NCBI GenBank assembly: GCA_964016885.1
Contig: OZ024740.1
Location: 123,566,001 to 123,630,000 of the forward strand
Direction: 5' to 3'
DNA length: 64,000 nt
Origin: Eledone cirrhosa
Taxonomy: Eukaryota
The translations under genes were made by a program, and so were the position numbers. This document shows positions 30,701 to 43,140 of the stretch, piece after piece (within the stretch, counting starts at the first letter, position 1; every line of letters begins with the position of its first letter). The notes under the pieces were generated by a model, which saw only the letters and a program-made list of their open reading frames with translations, did not search any database and was not told the DNA's origin.

Positions 30701-31380
30701 ATAGACGTGCTTTCCCATTGCATTTCCCCTGGCCTATTTTTACAAGATGTCTTTTCATCTGTTCATCTGACATGACTTGGCACTTATTTTTTTCATGGAT
30801 TGAAAAGATCACAGAACTCATTCACTTACCAAGAGTTGTGGGACTGGTCATTCCAATTGCTAATATTATCTACTGGTCACAAATCCTGGCAGAAGCAACA
30901 ATGTGCAATAGAATACCTTCCTCAAATACACAACACATGATCTCACAACCTCACTATTGTGAATCCAAGCATCTCTCCACTAAGACATGTGCCTAAGAAG
31001 GTAAATATGTGAATCAAATGCTATAAAGTATTTATGTACATCACATTAATAATTCTGCCAATCCACCATTATTGACTAGTAATTTATTTTATCGAACTGA
31101 CAAAGGTGGTGAGTATAGCTGACTTCAGCAGGGTTTGAAATCAGAATGGAAAATGCTGGTACAAATACTGCAAGATATTTCCTATACACTAAGGATGTTA
31201 TTAATTGTCTACTAATTTTTAGTCGTAAAATATGTTGAACCAGGGTGTTTCTATTGTTAATTAGCTTCAGTCAATCCTCATTGAGCAGATATATAAGAAA
31301 ACATCCTAGCCATAATCATATTGTCTTTTATATTACAAACTGAACATATTTAGCATTACGTTATCAAATACATCCCATCG

Positions 31381-31565
31381 AGCGGTGGATTGGCAGTATC
31401 GGTAGAGGGTCGGATGCCATGCTTTGAAGCATAGAGTTACCTCCCTGTATGATCTGAGTTCAAATCCTGTCAAGGTTAATTTTGCCTTTTATCCTTCCGG
31501 GGTCGATAAAATAAAGTACCAGTAATGCACTGGGTAATTGCTGGCCTTGTGCCAAAAGTAGAAAC
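31381..31565 (+). mobile_element. tRNA-derived (CORE-type) SINE
   Basis: A-box-like TGGCAGTATCGG, B-box GAGTTCAAATCC, then ccttccggggtcgataaaataaagtaccag; degenerate minus-strand copies near 31085-31170, 35120-35210 and 43730-43855. Confidence 0.75.
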
Positions 31566-32186
31566 AATTATCAAATACATCCCTCTCCTATTCGAAGGGT
31601 GTAGTTTGAGAGAAATCTGGGTAATATTTCTATCAGATTGAATGAGGAGAGGAGACATAGTTGTTGTTTAGCTAAAAGTCAACTCTTATTAAGTGATTCA
31701 GCCATCACAACCTTTTTTCTTAAGCTATTTACAATCACACCTTAAAAGTCGTTGAAGTTTGATTTGAAGAAGATTTATTTGACAGCTATATTTAGCAGCT
31801 CAAACAACCACCTAGAAATTTCTTCAATACAGAGGTGTTGTACTAAAATTGTTCACAGCTTCAAAGAACATCTAATATTACATACATTACTTAGACATAA
31901 CTAAATGCAAAGCACAAATTCTATTGTTATTACAAAGTTTTCCACATTGTTAATGTGATTTTCTCATGTCAGTCTATTGAATTATGTGTATCTTGGTGAT
32001 GCATGAAGTGTAGTTGTGTTGTTATTTAGAGCCATTGCAATATAAAACTAGAAAATTTGTCTAGCTCCTCTATCCCAGAATACTGACTGTTGACTGCATT
32101 GGCCATCATAACTCATATGTTATGCATTTTATGTGAGTACACATATATTCAGACATATGAATATATTTGTGTGTATATATATATAA

Positions 32187-32250
<64 letters not shown>

Positions 32251-32624
32251 GACACAGTGTTTGTGTCTGTGAGAGCATGCCTGCATAGCATATATATACA
32301 CACACACACTCTCATTATATATATGTGTGTGTGGGTGTGTGTACAGACATATATGCATACATATACATACTGAACAGGTTTATACAGATATAAATACATG
32401 CAATTAAACATGTATATATGTTTGTGTGGGGCTGAGAGACAGTAAGAGAGAGAAAGAAACACAGAGGTAGAGAAAGAGAGATAAAGACAGAATAAAAAGA
32501 TTTGTTTGTTTGAGTGAGAATAAAAAATGAATAGTTTGTCAAAGACATACACACTCCATTCTGGTTCTTTCATGCTGTCAAGTTTGTCACAGAGCTTCTG
32601 CAACTTTGATTATGTTCCTTTCAT

Positions 32625-32675
<51 letters not shown>

Positions 32676-33269
32676 ACATACATACATATATGTATACATA
32701 CATATATACATACATATATATACATATATGTATACATATATACATACATACATATATATATACATATGTATACATATATACATATATGTATACATATATA
32801 CATACATATATATATATACATACGTTTGCATATATACATATATGTATACATATATACATATATATAAATATATATATATATATATAAAGTTGATGTGTGT
32901 GTGTGTGTGTGTGCCTATTTCTAGTTCAATACTACAGTTACCAACCTTTATTTGCATGAACATTTTATTGCCTGAAGAAAATCTAGGATTTTATTACTTT
33001 AAACAGTGCCATGTAAATAAACATGTTATGGATGTAACTGTATCCGAGCATCAGACCTCTCACAAAAGACACATAAAATTCTGAGCTAAATGCTATCGAA
33101 AGACAGACATATTGATATCTAAATAAAATAATATTCACACATATCAGATATGATAATAATACTACTACTACTAATAATAATGACAAAATCAACAATAATA
33201 ATAATATCAATATAAATAATAATGATAAGTTATATTAGTAGTTCTTATAGTAATAGCTACATATATATG

Positions 33270-33343
<74 letters not shown>

Positions 33344-33797
33344 AATATGTATATATACATGTGTGTATATATATATATACACACACCCATATATGTATAT
33401 AGTTACTAGTTACTGTGAAGTTTATCTGCAAAAGTTGCGTAATGACTTCTCATTGATAAGCAGGTAGAGCACTCTGTGTCAGTTGTATCAATCCAGCTAA
33501 GCAGTAGCAATCAAACATAACAGAGTTATCATGTATGAAATAAACGTTCTCCGGACTTTTGCGAAGATGCCAAAAACATATTGACCCACCCACATAATTG
33601 TGTTAACATCTAATGATGTTATGCTGGTGTAGGTTGCTGTTATAACAGTTGCACAATGCCACTATGCTGGTGTCACAGAAATATTTATAATAAATATGAT
33701 TAAGTAACTTCTGTCTCAACGTTTATTTCTTACATAGGTTTCATGCATATATAGATTTTGGCCAGTATCGGCCCAGGCCATATATAGATATATATAC

Positions 33798-34304
33798 ATG
33801 ACAGCTGCATAAAAAGGTGCAGAGCACTAGAAGTCGATGGAAACCGCGGAGTGGGGAGACCCAAGATGACCTGGGATGAGGTGATAAAAGCCGACCTTAC
33901 CCAATTACACCTCTCAAAGGCAATGACACATGACCGTGACCTCTGGCGTCATGCAGTAATACAGAGTACCCAACCTCCAATGGGTACAAGCTGAAGCATA
34001 TAGACAATATGCCCCCACATCCCCCACCGCAAGGTGGTCGTGGAGGTGCCACGGCAAAAAAGCACCCAGCCCACTCTGTAAAGTGGACGTGTAGGCGCCA
34101 CGAAAAAGCACCCAGCATTCACTGTAAATGAGGTTGGTGTTAGGAAGGGCATCCAGCTGTAGAAATCAAGCCAAATCAGTTCCTGTATGAGCAAGGCGTG
34201 GTCAGCCGACCAGACACTGCCCACAACAGGACAACCTGTCTAACCCATGCTAGCGTGGAAGAACGGACGTAAAACGGTGATGATGATGATGATGATGATG
34301 ATGA
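33798..34304 (+). mobile_element. 5'-truncated RTE 3' end, same family as 47666-49750
   Basis: Near-identical reverse complement of about 47666-48150; (GAT)n tail. Confidence 0.9.
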
Positions 34305-34518
34305 TACATATATATTGTACATATGATATGAAGAGTCTCAATGTAAATTGGCAGGTGACCACTGTTTGCTGATGACTTCTGACAAATAAAACAGTTCTAG
34401 TCCTGTCGAAGTAATTTCTATAATAAAATGAATATATATATATATATCATCACCATCATCGTCATCACCGTTTTATGTCCATTCTTCCATGCTAGCATGG
34501 GTTAGATGGGTTGTCATA

Positions 34519-34750
34519 TAAATCTTCAACCATGGTTTCTGGAACTCAAGAAGCAATATCGGTAATTTCAAGACATTGAAATAACCAATATTGGAAGAAT
34601 TTCAGTTCTTTCATCAGAAGGAGAATTGTTTCTGAGGAATTTTCCTCCTGATGAAGGAATTTGAATACTTCCAATATTGTTTATTCCAATATCTTGGAAT
34701 TACTGATATTGTTTCTTGAGTTTGAGAAACCATGGTTGAGGAATTATATA
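34519..34750. repeat. About 230-bp imperfect palindrome made of two back-to-back hammerhead motifs
   Basis: Plus: CCTC CTGATGA..GAAAC CATG GTT GAGG (34644-34741); minus: CTT CTGATGA..GAAAC CATG GTT GAAG (34524-34620). Confidence 0.8.
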
Positions 34751-37509
34751 AGTAAAAATAGACTTATCTTAGCCTACAAATATACTTTACTGTTTATTTA
34801 ATTGATGTTTTCCCTTTATCCACCCACCTCCTGATCATGCTGCTTTGAATAAGCCATGGCAATGTTGGGTAGTGAGTAATTCATTAGCCTTATTTTGATG
34901 TCATGATAAAATATCTCCAATGCACTTGATAAAGTTGTTGGCATTCATACAATAACAACATAGAGTTAATAGGATCCAGCATGCAATGCTGATTTCATAA
35001 TTACCTCTTGAGTACTGGGGTTGTAAAGTAGTAGGCCTTATATGGATGTATATGTCAATAGGCATGCATGTACAGAAATACATATACACACTATATCTAG
35101 TTGTAACAAGCCTACAATTTTAGAGGAGGGGTAAGTCCATTTTATCGACCACATTTTGATTGGTACTCTAATTTATTGACCCTGGAAGTATGAAAGGCAA
35201 GTTGAGCCTACTGGATCATACATTTACATATTTCACATTGTTTTTTTATTATATATTAGTAGTATTTTTATGTCTTTTTCATTGGAGAGAAGGTAAAACT
35301 CATAATATCAAACCTCCAATTTATCGTTGTAGAAAATCAGGCCTGAAGGTTTGCATCAGTGAACTTTACTACCCAAAGGTTTTGTATTGCAGTTAAATCA
35401 GCCACAGATGAATCCTCTGAGCATGAACAGTCCCTATGAAAAACTAGCACATATTTTCCATCGACTAAATTTCAGTTATAAGGCTTTAGTTGAACCATAT
35501 GATTAGGAAAGTGTGTCCAAAGAGCCACATAGTGAGACTGAACTTGAAAAAAAAATAGTTGCAAAGCAAACGTCTTAATGACACATCCAAACAAGTGCTT
35601 ATGTTAATAAAATGAAGAAAGGAAATGTAAATGATTTTAGACAAGTAATATATGTACTTTGATTACAAAACCACTTACAAATTTATATTATACCATAACA
35701 CAAATATGGCTCCAAATATGAAGCTTTGTTATATCACAGCTGTTACACTATAGCATCAGATGGAAGTAAATATTTGCTCAGTCTTGTTCTTACTTCTTTA
35801 TATCACCATAACGTTATCTCATTAAACCTTCTTCTGTAAAACATTCCTGACAAGTCTTGAAAATGTACCATTATTATAACAAATAAGATATGAAGAAATC
35901 TTTGTTATAAAATATATCATCTTTCTAGACAAATCAGCAATTTTGGTTTGGTACCAGATATTTCTTTATGATATGCAAACTCTTTCTATGTAGTAGTATT
36001 AATTAGTTGCCTAAGATATGTAAAAATCTCACATTACCAAAGCACCTATATGCAATGGGAACTTTTTTCTAGTGTTAAATAGAAATTATTACAAATGATA
36101 TCTACGTATATACACTATGACAAATTATTTAAATACGTGGATATCTGGCAGAATCTTGAAGAGAATTATGTGGTATACACATTTCAATGTTTAAGAAAGT
36201 TATCAGTTAATGACACTACATGTGAATGCATGTGACCTAAAAGGTATGGTGTTGGACTCACAATTATAATGTTGTTTGTTTGATTACTGAATTAAAGAGT
36301 ATTGTTGGGTAAGCCACTCCATTTCACGTTACATTAGTCACCCAGTTGAAAAATAAATTGAGTACTAAATCGAGCTGAGGGTTGTAACAGACTGGCATGT
36401 CGCAGAAGGGAAGGGATCCATGATTGGATGGGGGTCTCAGACATGAAAATATTTAAAAACCTCTTATCAGATGGAATCTCATGGGAGGCCAGCTAAACCT
36501 GTGTGGGTGTGAATTGTAATAACAACTATATTTTATAAAAAAAAATGTTTATACATAGAAGGCGACAGCAATACAAATACTCATCAAATATAAACAATAA
36601 TAATATTAAAGATATTAAAATACTACAATAGAAATATTTAATTGGTCCTAGTTATATTTCAAGGAAAACATTCATTTTACAAATAAGCTAAGAGATGTGT
36701 TTGTTATGGTGCATGCTGAACTATGAATGAGAATAAAGGGATCATATGATGTGAGGTAATATGGGGCTGTGATCATTTGTGTTTCACAGAACTGTCAATA
36801 TCTGTTGGCAATGGAAAGTATTTGAGTGAATTAGTAAAGTATATGATGTAATGCATAGCAATTATCAGGTATTAAATGGTAAAGAGACGTTTTGATATCT
36901 TGGAGGGGGATAAACTGTGTCGGGTCTAATTTCTAACCAAAAACTTACTTCATGAAAATGTTTTCAAGTAGCCCTGCCAAATTACCAATGGATTGCAGAA
37001 CTCAATCTTTTCCTGAATTATAAGTTTTTAGTTTGATACATGAATATAGCGAGATCTCAAAACTTATAATCTAAATGATATTAGTTATCCACATGTACCA
37101 TTTATAAATTTTAGAGTTTGTTTAGTATTATATATGAGGAGGAATAATAAATTCATTAGATGTAAAAATATCAAAGGTTTGGAACTAGAAGAGAGGAAAG
37201 AATAACATTTATTCCCATATACATACATTCAAATGCACACATCATAATCTGGCTCAGCTAGATTATGAACAATCTTACAGAACAGGCAAGTTTCATTTCT
37301 TTCCATGTATATAAATATATATACACACACACATACAGATTTGGAGTTACCAGTTTAGACTAGTAAGTTAAGTACACAATACTTGGGAAAATAGAGTGGA
37401 TGTACAGTGAAAAGTTATTACAAATGGCTGAGCCCACACTGTTTCAACAACGAGTGGATAACATTGAAAATGCACGAGTTCAGCCGTCAGGCACTAACTT
37501 TCCCCTATA

Positions 37510-38058
37510 TCATCATCATCACTATCGTTTAACGTCCATCTTCCATGCTAACATGTGTTAGACGGGAGTTGTCCCAATTTGAGGCAAGGTTGGTCGGGTG
37601 ACCATGTCTCGCTCATATAGGACTATCTGGCGGGTTTTCTATGGCTGGGTGCCCCTCCTAACACCAACCACATTTACAGTGTGGACTGGGAACTTTTTAC
37701 TGTGTTACCTACACGGCCACATTACAGCATGGACTGTGTGTTATATTTATCATGACACCTACAAGATCTCGATCTCATTATCTCATTTATTTGGACTGGA
37801 TATTGTGGTACCAACTTTATAGAGAGAAGGTGGTGTTGGTGGGAGTGGGAGGATGGAGTAGGGGTAGTGGATTGGGGTGTATATTTGATTAAGAGGTGCC
37901 TCCTGACTGTAGGTATCGCTTTGTACATAGGCAAGGCAGTTCTTCTGTATTACTGTGTGTCACCAACGATCTCGGCCCAGTGACATTGTCTTAGAGAGGT
38001 GCAAGTGTGTCAGGTCGGAATTTATCAAGTCGTCCCAGGTTTTTCTGGGTCTACCTAC
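37510..38058 (-). mobile_element. RTE 3' end fragment, related to 2161-2762
   Basis: (CAT)n start and reverse-complement similarity to 2250-2762. Confidence 0.85.
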
Positions 38059-38094
38059 TCTGTAAATTCGATCAATTTTTTGCAATATATATAT

Positions 38095-38300
38095 ATAGGA
38101 AAATATTTGACCCCGACTGCGGAGCTCAAGCCGTTTCGACGGCTATTTCTGGCTACATCTTGAGTCCAGAAATAGCCGTCGAAACGACTTGAGCTCCATC
38201 GTCGGCGTCAAACTTTTTCCTATTACCCACTCTACTACCCTAAGTACTGAGTACTCTGGTGCGTTATGGTCCACCTGGTTCCTTACCACACCTCGTTCGT
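38095..38300. repeat. About 130-bp palindrome (38095-38223) plus unpaired tail; probably a collapsed PLE end
   Basis: ataggaaaa..gagctcaagccgtttcgacggctatttctgg / ccagaaatagccgtcgaaacgacttgagctc..ttttcctat; only the CGAAAC half of an HHR core is present. Confidence 0.7.
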
Positions 38301-38617
38301 TATATAGTGATATTATATGCAATAAGCATCCAATTTAACACAGAAATAAAAGGAAACTACATTGTAATGCTACTTACTCAGAAGAAAGAGAAAACAAAAG
38401 TAAGTTACATTTAAGGAAAATGTAGGAAAATGTACAATATTATTATTACAGAGGAAAATGTACAATATTATTCCTTTTTAAGGGTTTATGATAATAGCTG
38501 GTATATGAGTAAGCAAAAAAAATAACATAAGTTGCAAAAAGAAGGAAACATAAAGGTGCCTCAAATGAATGTTATATTTGTGTGTGTGTATATATATATA
38601 TATATATTTATTATAAG

Positions 38618-38695
38618 AACAGATTAAAATTTAAGGAAAGAATCGCTGCTTTCAGCTTTAATGGGATCTTCTGAAACTAAGAAGTCAATTTGTTT
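38618..38695 (-). mobile_element. Solo pLTR/HHR remnant of the 51553-54810 PLE family
   Basis: Reverse complement: tttCAGAAGAtcccattaaagctGAAAgcagcgattctttcc. Confidence 0.7.
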
Positions 38696-38699
38696 AACA

Positions 38700-41600
38700 G
38701 AGTAGATGGGTTTTCCCATTTGAGACAAGTCAAGTCAGGTGACCATGTGTTGCTCACACGGAAATGTTTTGGGCTAGCTTTCCATTTCTGGATGCCCTTC
38801 CTAATGCTAAACATATTCAGAGTGTGGACTGGGTGCTTTTTTGTAATACCAACATGAGGACTTTACAGTTTTGATATGCACTTTTTGTTGTGGGAACAAA
38901 ATGACTTTATAGTGTGAACTGGGCACAGGGGTGGGTGGGGGTGTAGTGTAAATGTGTGGGGGAAGGGGGAGGTGTTAGAACATGGTAGGAGTGTTAGGGC
39001 ATGGGAGGTATATGGGAGGGGAGGATAGGCGTTAAGTGGTGCATACTAGAATGTATACTTCGAAGGTGGGTCTTTCATGTTACTGCATAATGCCAAAGAT
39101 CTTGATTCTATGTCATTGCCTTTGAGAGGTGTGATTATGCAAGGTCCACTTGTATCAGCTCATCATAGGTATTCCTATTGCATAGCATCCATCAACCTTT
39201 ATTGCTGTGCAACTTTTTATACATCTGTCATCCTTCATAAGAATCACACAGCCATATCAAGGAAATCTCCTCTCTTGCACACTGCATCTGATCCCTCTTA
39301 TTCCCACTTTCTCTCCCAGTTCGTGTATATTACTGTTACACATCCATCAGACCATGCAGGCATCATTTTCCAATCTTCGCAGGTTTTCTGCACACAGAAG
39401 CCAGTTCTCACTACCATGCAACATTGCAGTGTGTATACATGTATCATACAATCTGCCCTTCATTATGAGGAAAGCCCTTTTGTAGTTGGCAGTGGTAGTA
39501 GTTCTCTGAACTTTCTCTTGTTACTATACTTTCAAAACATCCTCTGCCACTGCTAATTTGGTCACCCAGGTAATGGAAACTGCTAACTATATCTACAGAG
39601 CACACTGAACATTTGAAGGAGCTAGTATCCTGAGGGCCCTTGCTACTTTCTGAAATTGTGAATCAGCCACATATAAAATCTACCTTCTTTGCTAGCAAGC
39701 CTGAGATCTCACTATATATCTTGTGAACCCTTAATTTGTATTTTGGACATATGATGGAATTTCTACAAACTACTTTCTTGCACACTATGCAAGGCCATTT
39801 TCCTGTAGGAATGTGAGCCCTGTTTTCCTTTCTACATATTAAGACTGTAGTCTTTGACAAGTTAAATTTAAGACTTTTTTTTATTCCAGGTCATGCTTCT
39901 AGATTTAGAATTTCTTCTCTTATTCTACCAGAGTTTCAGCTATAAGAGTTAGATCACCTGCATACAGAAGTTCCCATGGGTAGCCAGTCTTAAGCACTTC
40001 AATTATAGCCAGCAGGACAATAATAAACAGGATAGAGCTAAGGATGGAGTCTTGATGGACACGTACCTTCTAAATTCTTCCCTATAGTCATTGTAAATTC
40101 TAATCTTGTGGACTGTTTCCCTGTACATGGCTCATACAGCCCTCACATGCCACTTGTCTACTCCTAGTTTTCTAAGAGCTCACCAGTTAATGGAATAAGA
40201 CAGTCTGTCAAAGGCTTTCTCCAGGTCAATACATGCCAAGTAGACTTTACATTTAGCGAGGTACTTCTCCTGCAGTTACCTCACAAGGAGGAGAGCATCC
40301 ATGGTACCTATCCACAAAAATCCAAACTGCATATCATCTACATCAACTCAATATTTAATCAGCTGAGACCTTAATGATCTGGTGAACCAATTTGATGCCT
40401 TTATAGTGTTCTACCATCTGCAAGCAATGCCTGGGCTGGTTTGGACATGCTTTGAGACTTCTCCCGGAGAGACTGGCAAACCAAGTACTTAAATGGATCC
40501 CGCAGGGAAGCAGACGGAGAGGGCGACCCAAAATGAACTGGCGCCAGACAGTTGAGAGGGACCTGAGTGCAACAAACAGACAATGGTGGGACGCTGTGCA
40601 ACTGGTTGCTGACCAAACGTGTTGGAACATTATGATTGCCTCATGCGTCGCAAGACGCGGGAGTTTCTGAGTCTGAGTCTGATAGTGTTCTGACTAGAGC
40701 ATCTTATTTGCCCTTATAGCAGTTGATGATGCTGCTGCTACACAATTCATTGCATATAACACAGTTTTGTATTAATTGATCTACACTACAGGTGGCTATG
40801 TTGTAACCCTTCACACCAGATGCTTTCAGCATCACAGCAATTATCCCCAAAGTTTCAGCTGCTTTGCAAGTCTTCATATTGCTTGCTTTGATTGTATTAC
40901 TATACTATTGCTAACTTTTACAGCAAATCCCTCTGTTGGGTCAACTTGCGGCAAAATATCTTCCTCCTCATTTAGTAGTCTTTCATATTGTCTCATACAT
41001 GCTACCTTCTTTTCAGTGTCAGGGCGGGCAATTACTCCATTATCATCATGGTTACACTTCTCTACACTATCAGAATCTTCCCTGACACATGTTTCCCATT
41101 TTGCCATTCTTTCCTTGACTGTATTTCGGCTTTAGTTGTCTCCTCCATTCTACTGTTTCATGACTAAGTCTCTATCCTTTTCCCTAGAGACCTGCTCCAA
41201 CTACAGATTTCATTTGACGCCTTCAGTAGGTTATTATTCGGGAATTCCCTGTGCTCCTCTATATTTTATGTCTCTATTTGCTCTTCCTTACTGCCATAAG
41301 CATCAAACAACATACCTTTAAGTTTCTTACTGGCTGTGGCATCCTTTAACTTCCATATTCTTCTCCTCCAGATTTTTCTTTGTCATTGAATTCATCTAGC
41401 CTTAACTATAAGGTTGCTAACTATTAGGTTATGTTGTGAGGTGCATTCTTCAATAGGTAAGAACTTTGTATTTACATCCATCACTCTGCCATGTCTTCTG
41501 GTAAGGATAAAATCTATCTGGCTGGTGTGCTCCCTGATCTATAGGTGATCAAGAAATTCTCTCAATTTTTGAAGTACGTGTTACTGATAGATAGATCATT

Positions 41601-42170
41601 GGCATCACAGAATTGCTCATTTCTATCATCAAATCAATAACGCTCATGTATCCTGTCAAAGCCATCGTAGTGTTGCCTGACATGCCCACTAACTTTGTCT
41701 GCAATGATTATGAAGTCACCATCACTTATTTGGGAAGTCATGTGCATTAGGGACTCGTAGAATCTGTCTTCTTGTGCATCCAGCAAACCAGATTGGGATG
41801 CATATGCAGATATGACACAGTTGTCATATTTAATACTAGTATAATTTTAATGATTCTGTCATTTAATCTATTCACGTCAATTATCTTATGTACCCATTTT
41901 AATGCTAACATAATCCCTACTCCACCCAGCCTGTAATTTCTCACCCAGAAAACATTAGCTGACATCCCCCTCAATCTAGTCTCTTGTACACTGAATACAT
42001 CAACTTTCTCTCATTCAAGTATTTCTACAATGTCTCCTGATCCTTCTTTTATCATGCCTAAGTTGATGGTGCAAACTCTGAAGTTATGAACTTCACTGGA
42101 AGAAGATGAAAGCTTGTGGAGGGGAGTGAGAGATTAATTGGTGTTTGTTTCCCATGTCTGAAATAAAGAA
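38700..42170 (-). mobile_element. Old degenerate near full-length RTE LINE (PHD-bearing family)
   Basis: APE remnants at 41500-42070, RT remnants at 39900-41000, GKWPCIVCKKVVCRNSIICPK; many stops. Confidence 0.85.
40413..40681 (+). mobile_element. Nested RTE 3' fragment with a 10-bp target-site duplication
   Basis: WFGHALR..WIPQGSRRRGRPKMNWRQTVERDL; (CTGAGT)n tail; ATAGTGTTCT at 40403-40412 and 40682-40691. Confidence 0.9.
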
Positions 42171-42819
42171 TTGCATTTGCATGGTCATCCAGTGATGCAA
42201 GGTGGATTCATATTCATCTTTAGGAATCCTTCAACTCTCCAGCTCGGTAGTCCATTTGTCATACCAAACAACAATCAGACCGAAAGCAATGATTAGTAGA
42301 AGGAGTAGCAAAATGATAATTATTGCAGTAGAAATTGAGTATAGAGTGTAATGTATTTGCACTGCCAATATTTGAATGGTCTAAATGGCAATAGTGGTGT
42401 GTGAATTGGAGTAGGAGGGAAAATGGAGGAATATAAGAATGGAGAGAGAGAAAATATTTTGAAGACCAAGGAAAAAAATAGGAAAGGCAGAAGGGAAAGT
42501 ATTTTTCAAGTTTTGATTGAAGATATATATATATATACAATAGTAATATTTATGAGAGTAAATTTTACTCATTTACTAGGTCTATTTTAGCTCATTACTA
42601 GGTGTATTTTAGCTCAATGCTATGATAGGATCGAGCAGAGCCAGTATATAGTTACAGTGTGCTTATAAACCAATTAAAAGTTCAAGACATAATCACTGAC
42701 AATTGTTTCTTCCCATAGAAATATACCACCAAGAACAAATTATTTTATTTAATAATTTGCTATTAGTTAGCATAAACTATAGGAATCATCAAAGTTTAAT
42801 TACATCCAAAATGATTAAT

Positions 42820-43140
42820 AAAATATCAATAGAAATCATTCAAGAGCAACAGATGTACTGAGGGAAAGTGTAGGAATAAGAATATAGCATACATAGGTGA
42901 AGCAGCCTGTAGCATAGGAGAAAGGATAAGTGAACACTGGCCAGAACTCCAGGATGGGAAAACTCATCAGTAATCCACCAACATGCCAAAATAGAACATA
43001 GAGGCACATTAGAGAACATAGAGATAAAAATTATATCCACACACAGAAAATATACAATGCTCAGACAAATCACCGAGGCAACAAATATAAACGAGCTCCA
43101 ACCAAAATTAAACAGAAAACATGAATGGAATAGCAACATT
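42820..43140 (+). pseudogene. Degenerate PLE GIY-YIG C-terminus (Nematis-like), not called in the ORF track
   Basis: Manual translation: AYIGEAACSIGERISEH...HAKIEH...LRQITEATNINELQPKLNRKHEWN. Confidence 0.7.
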
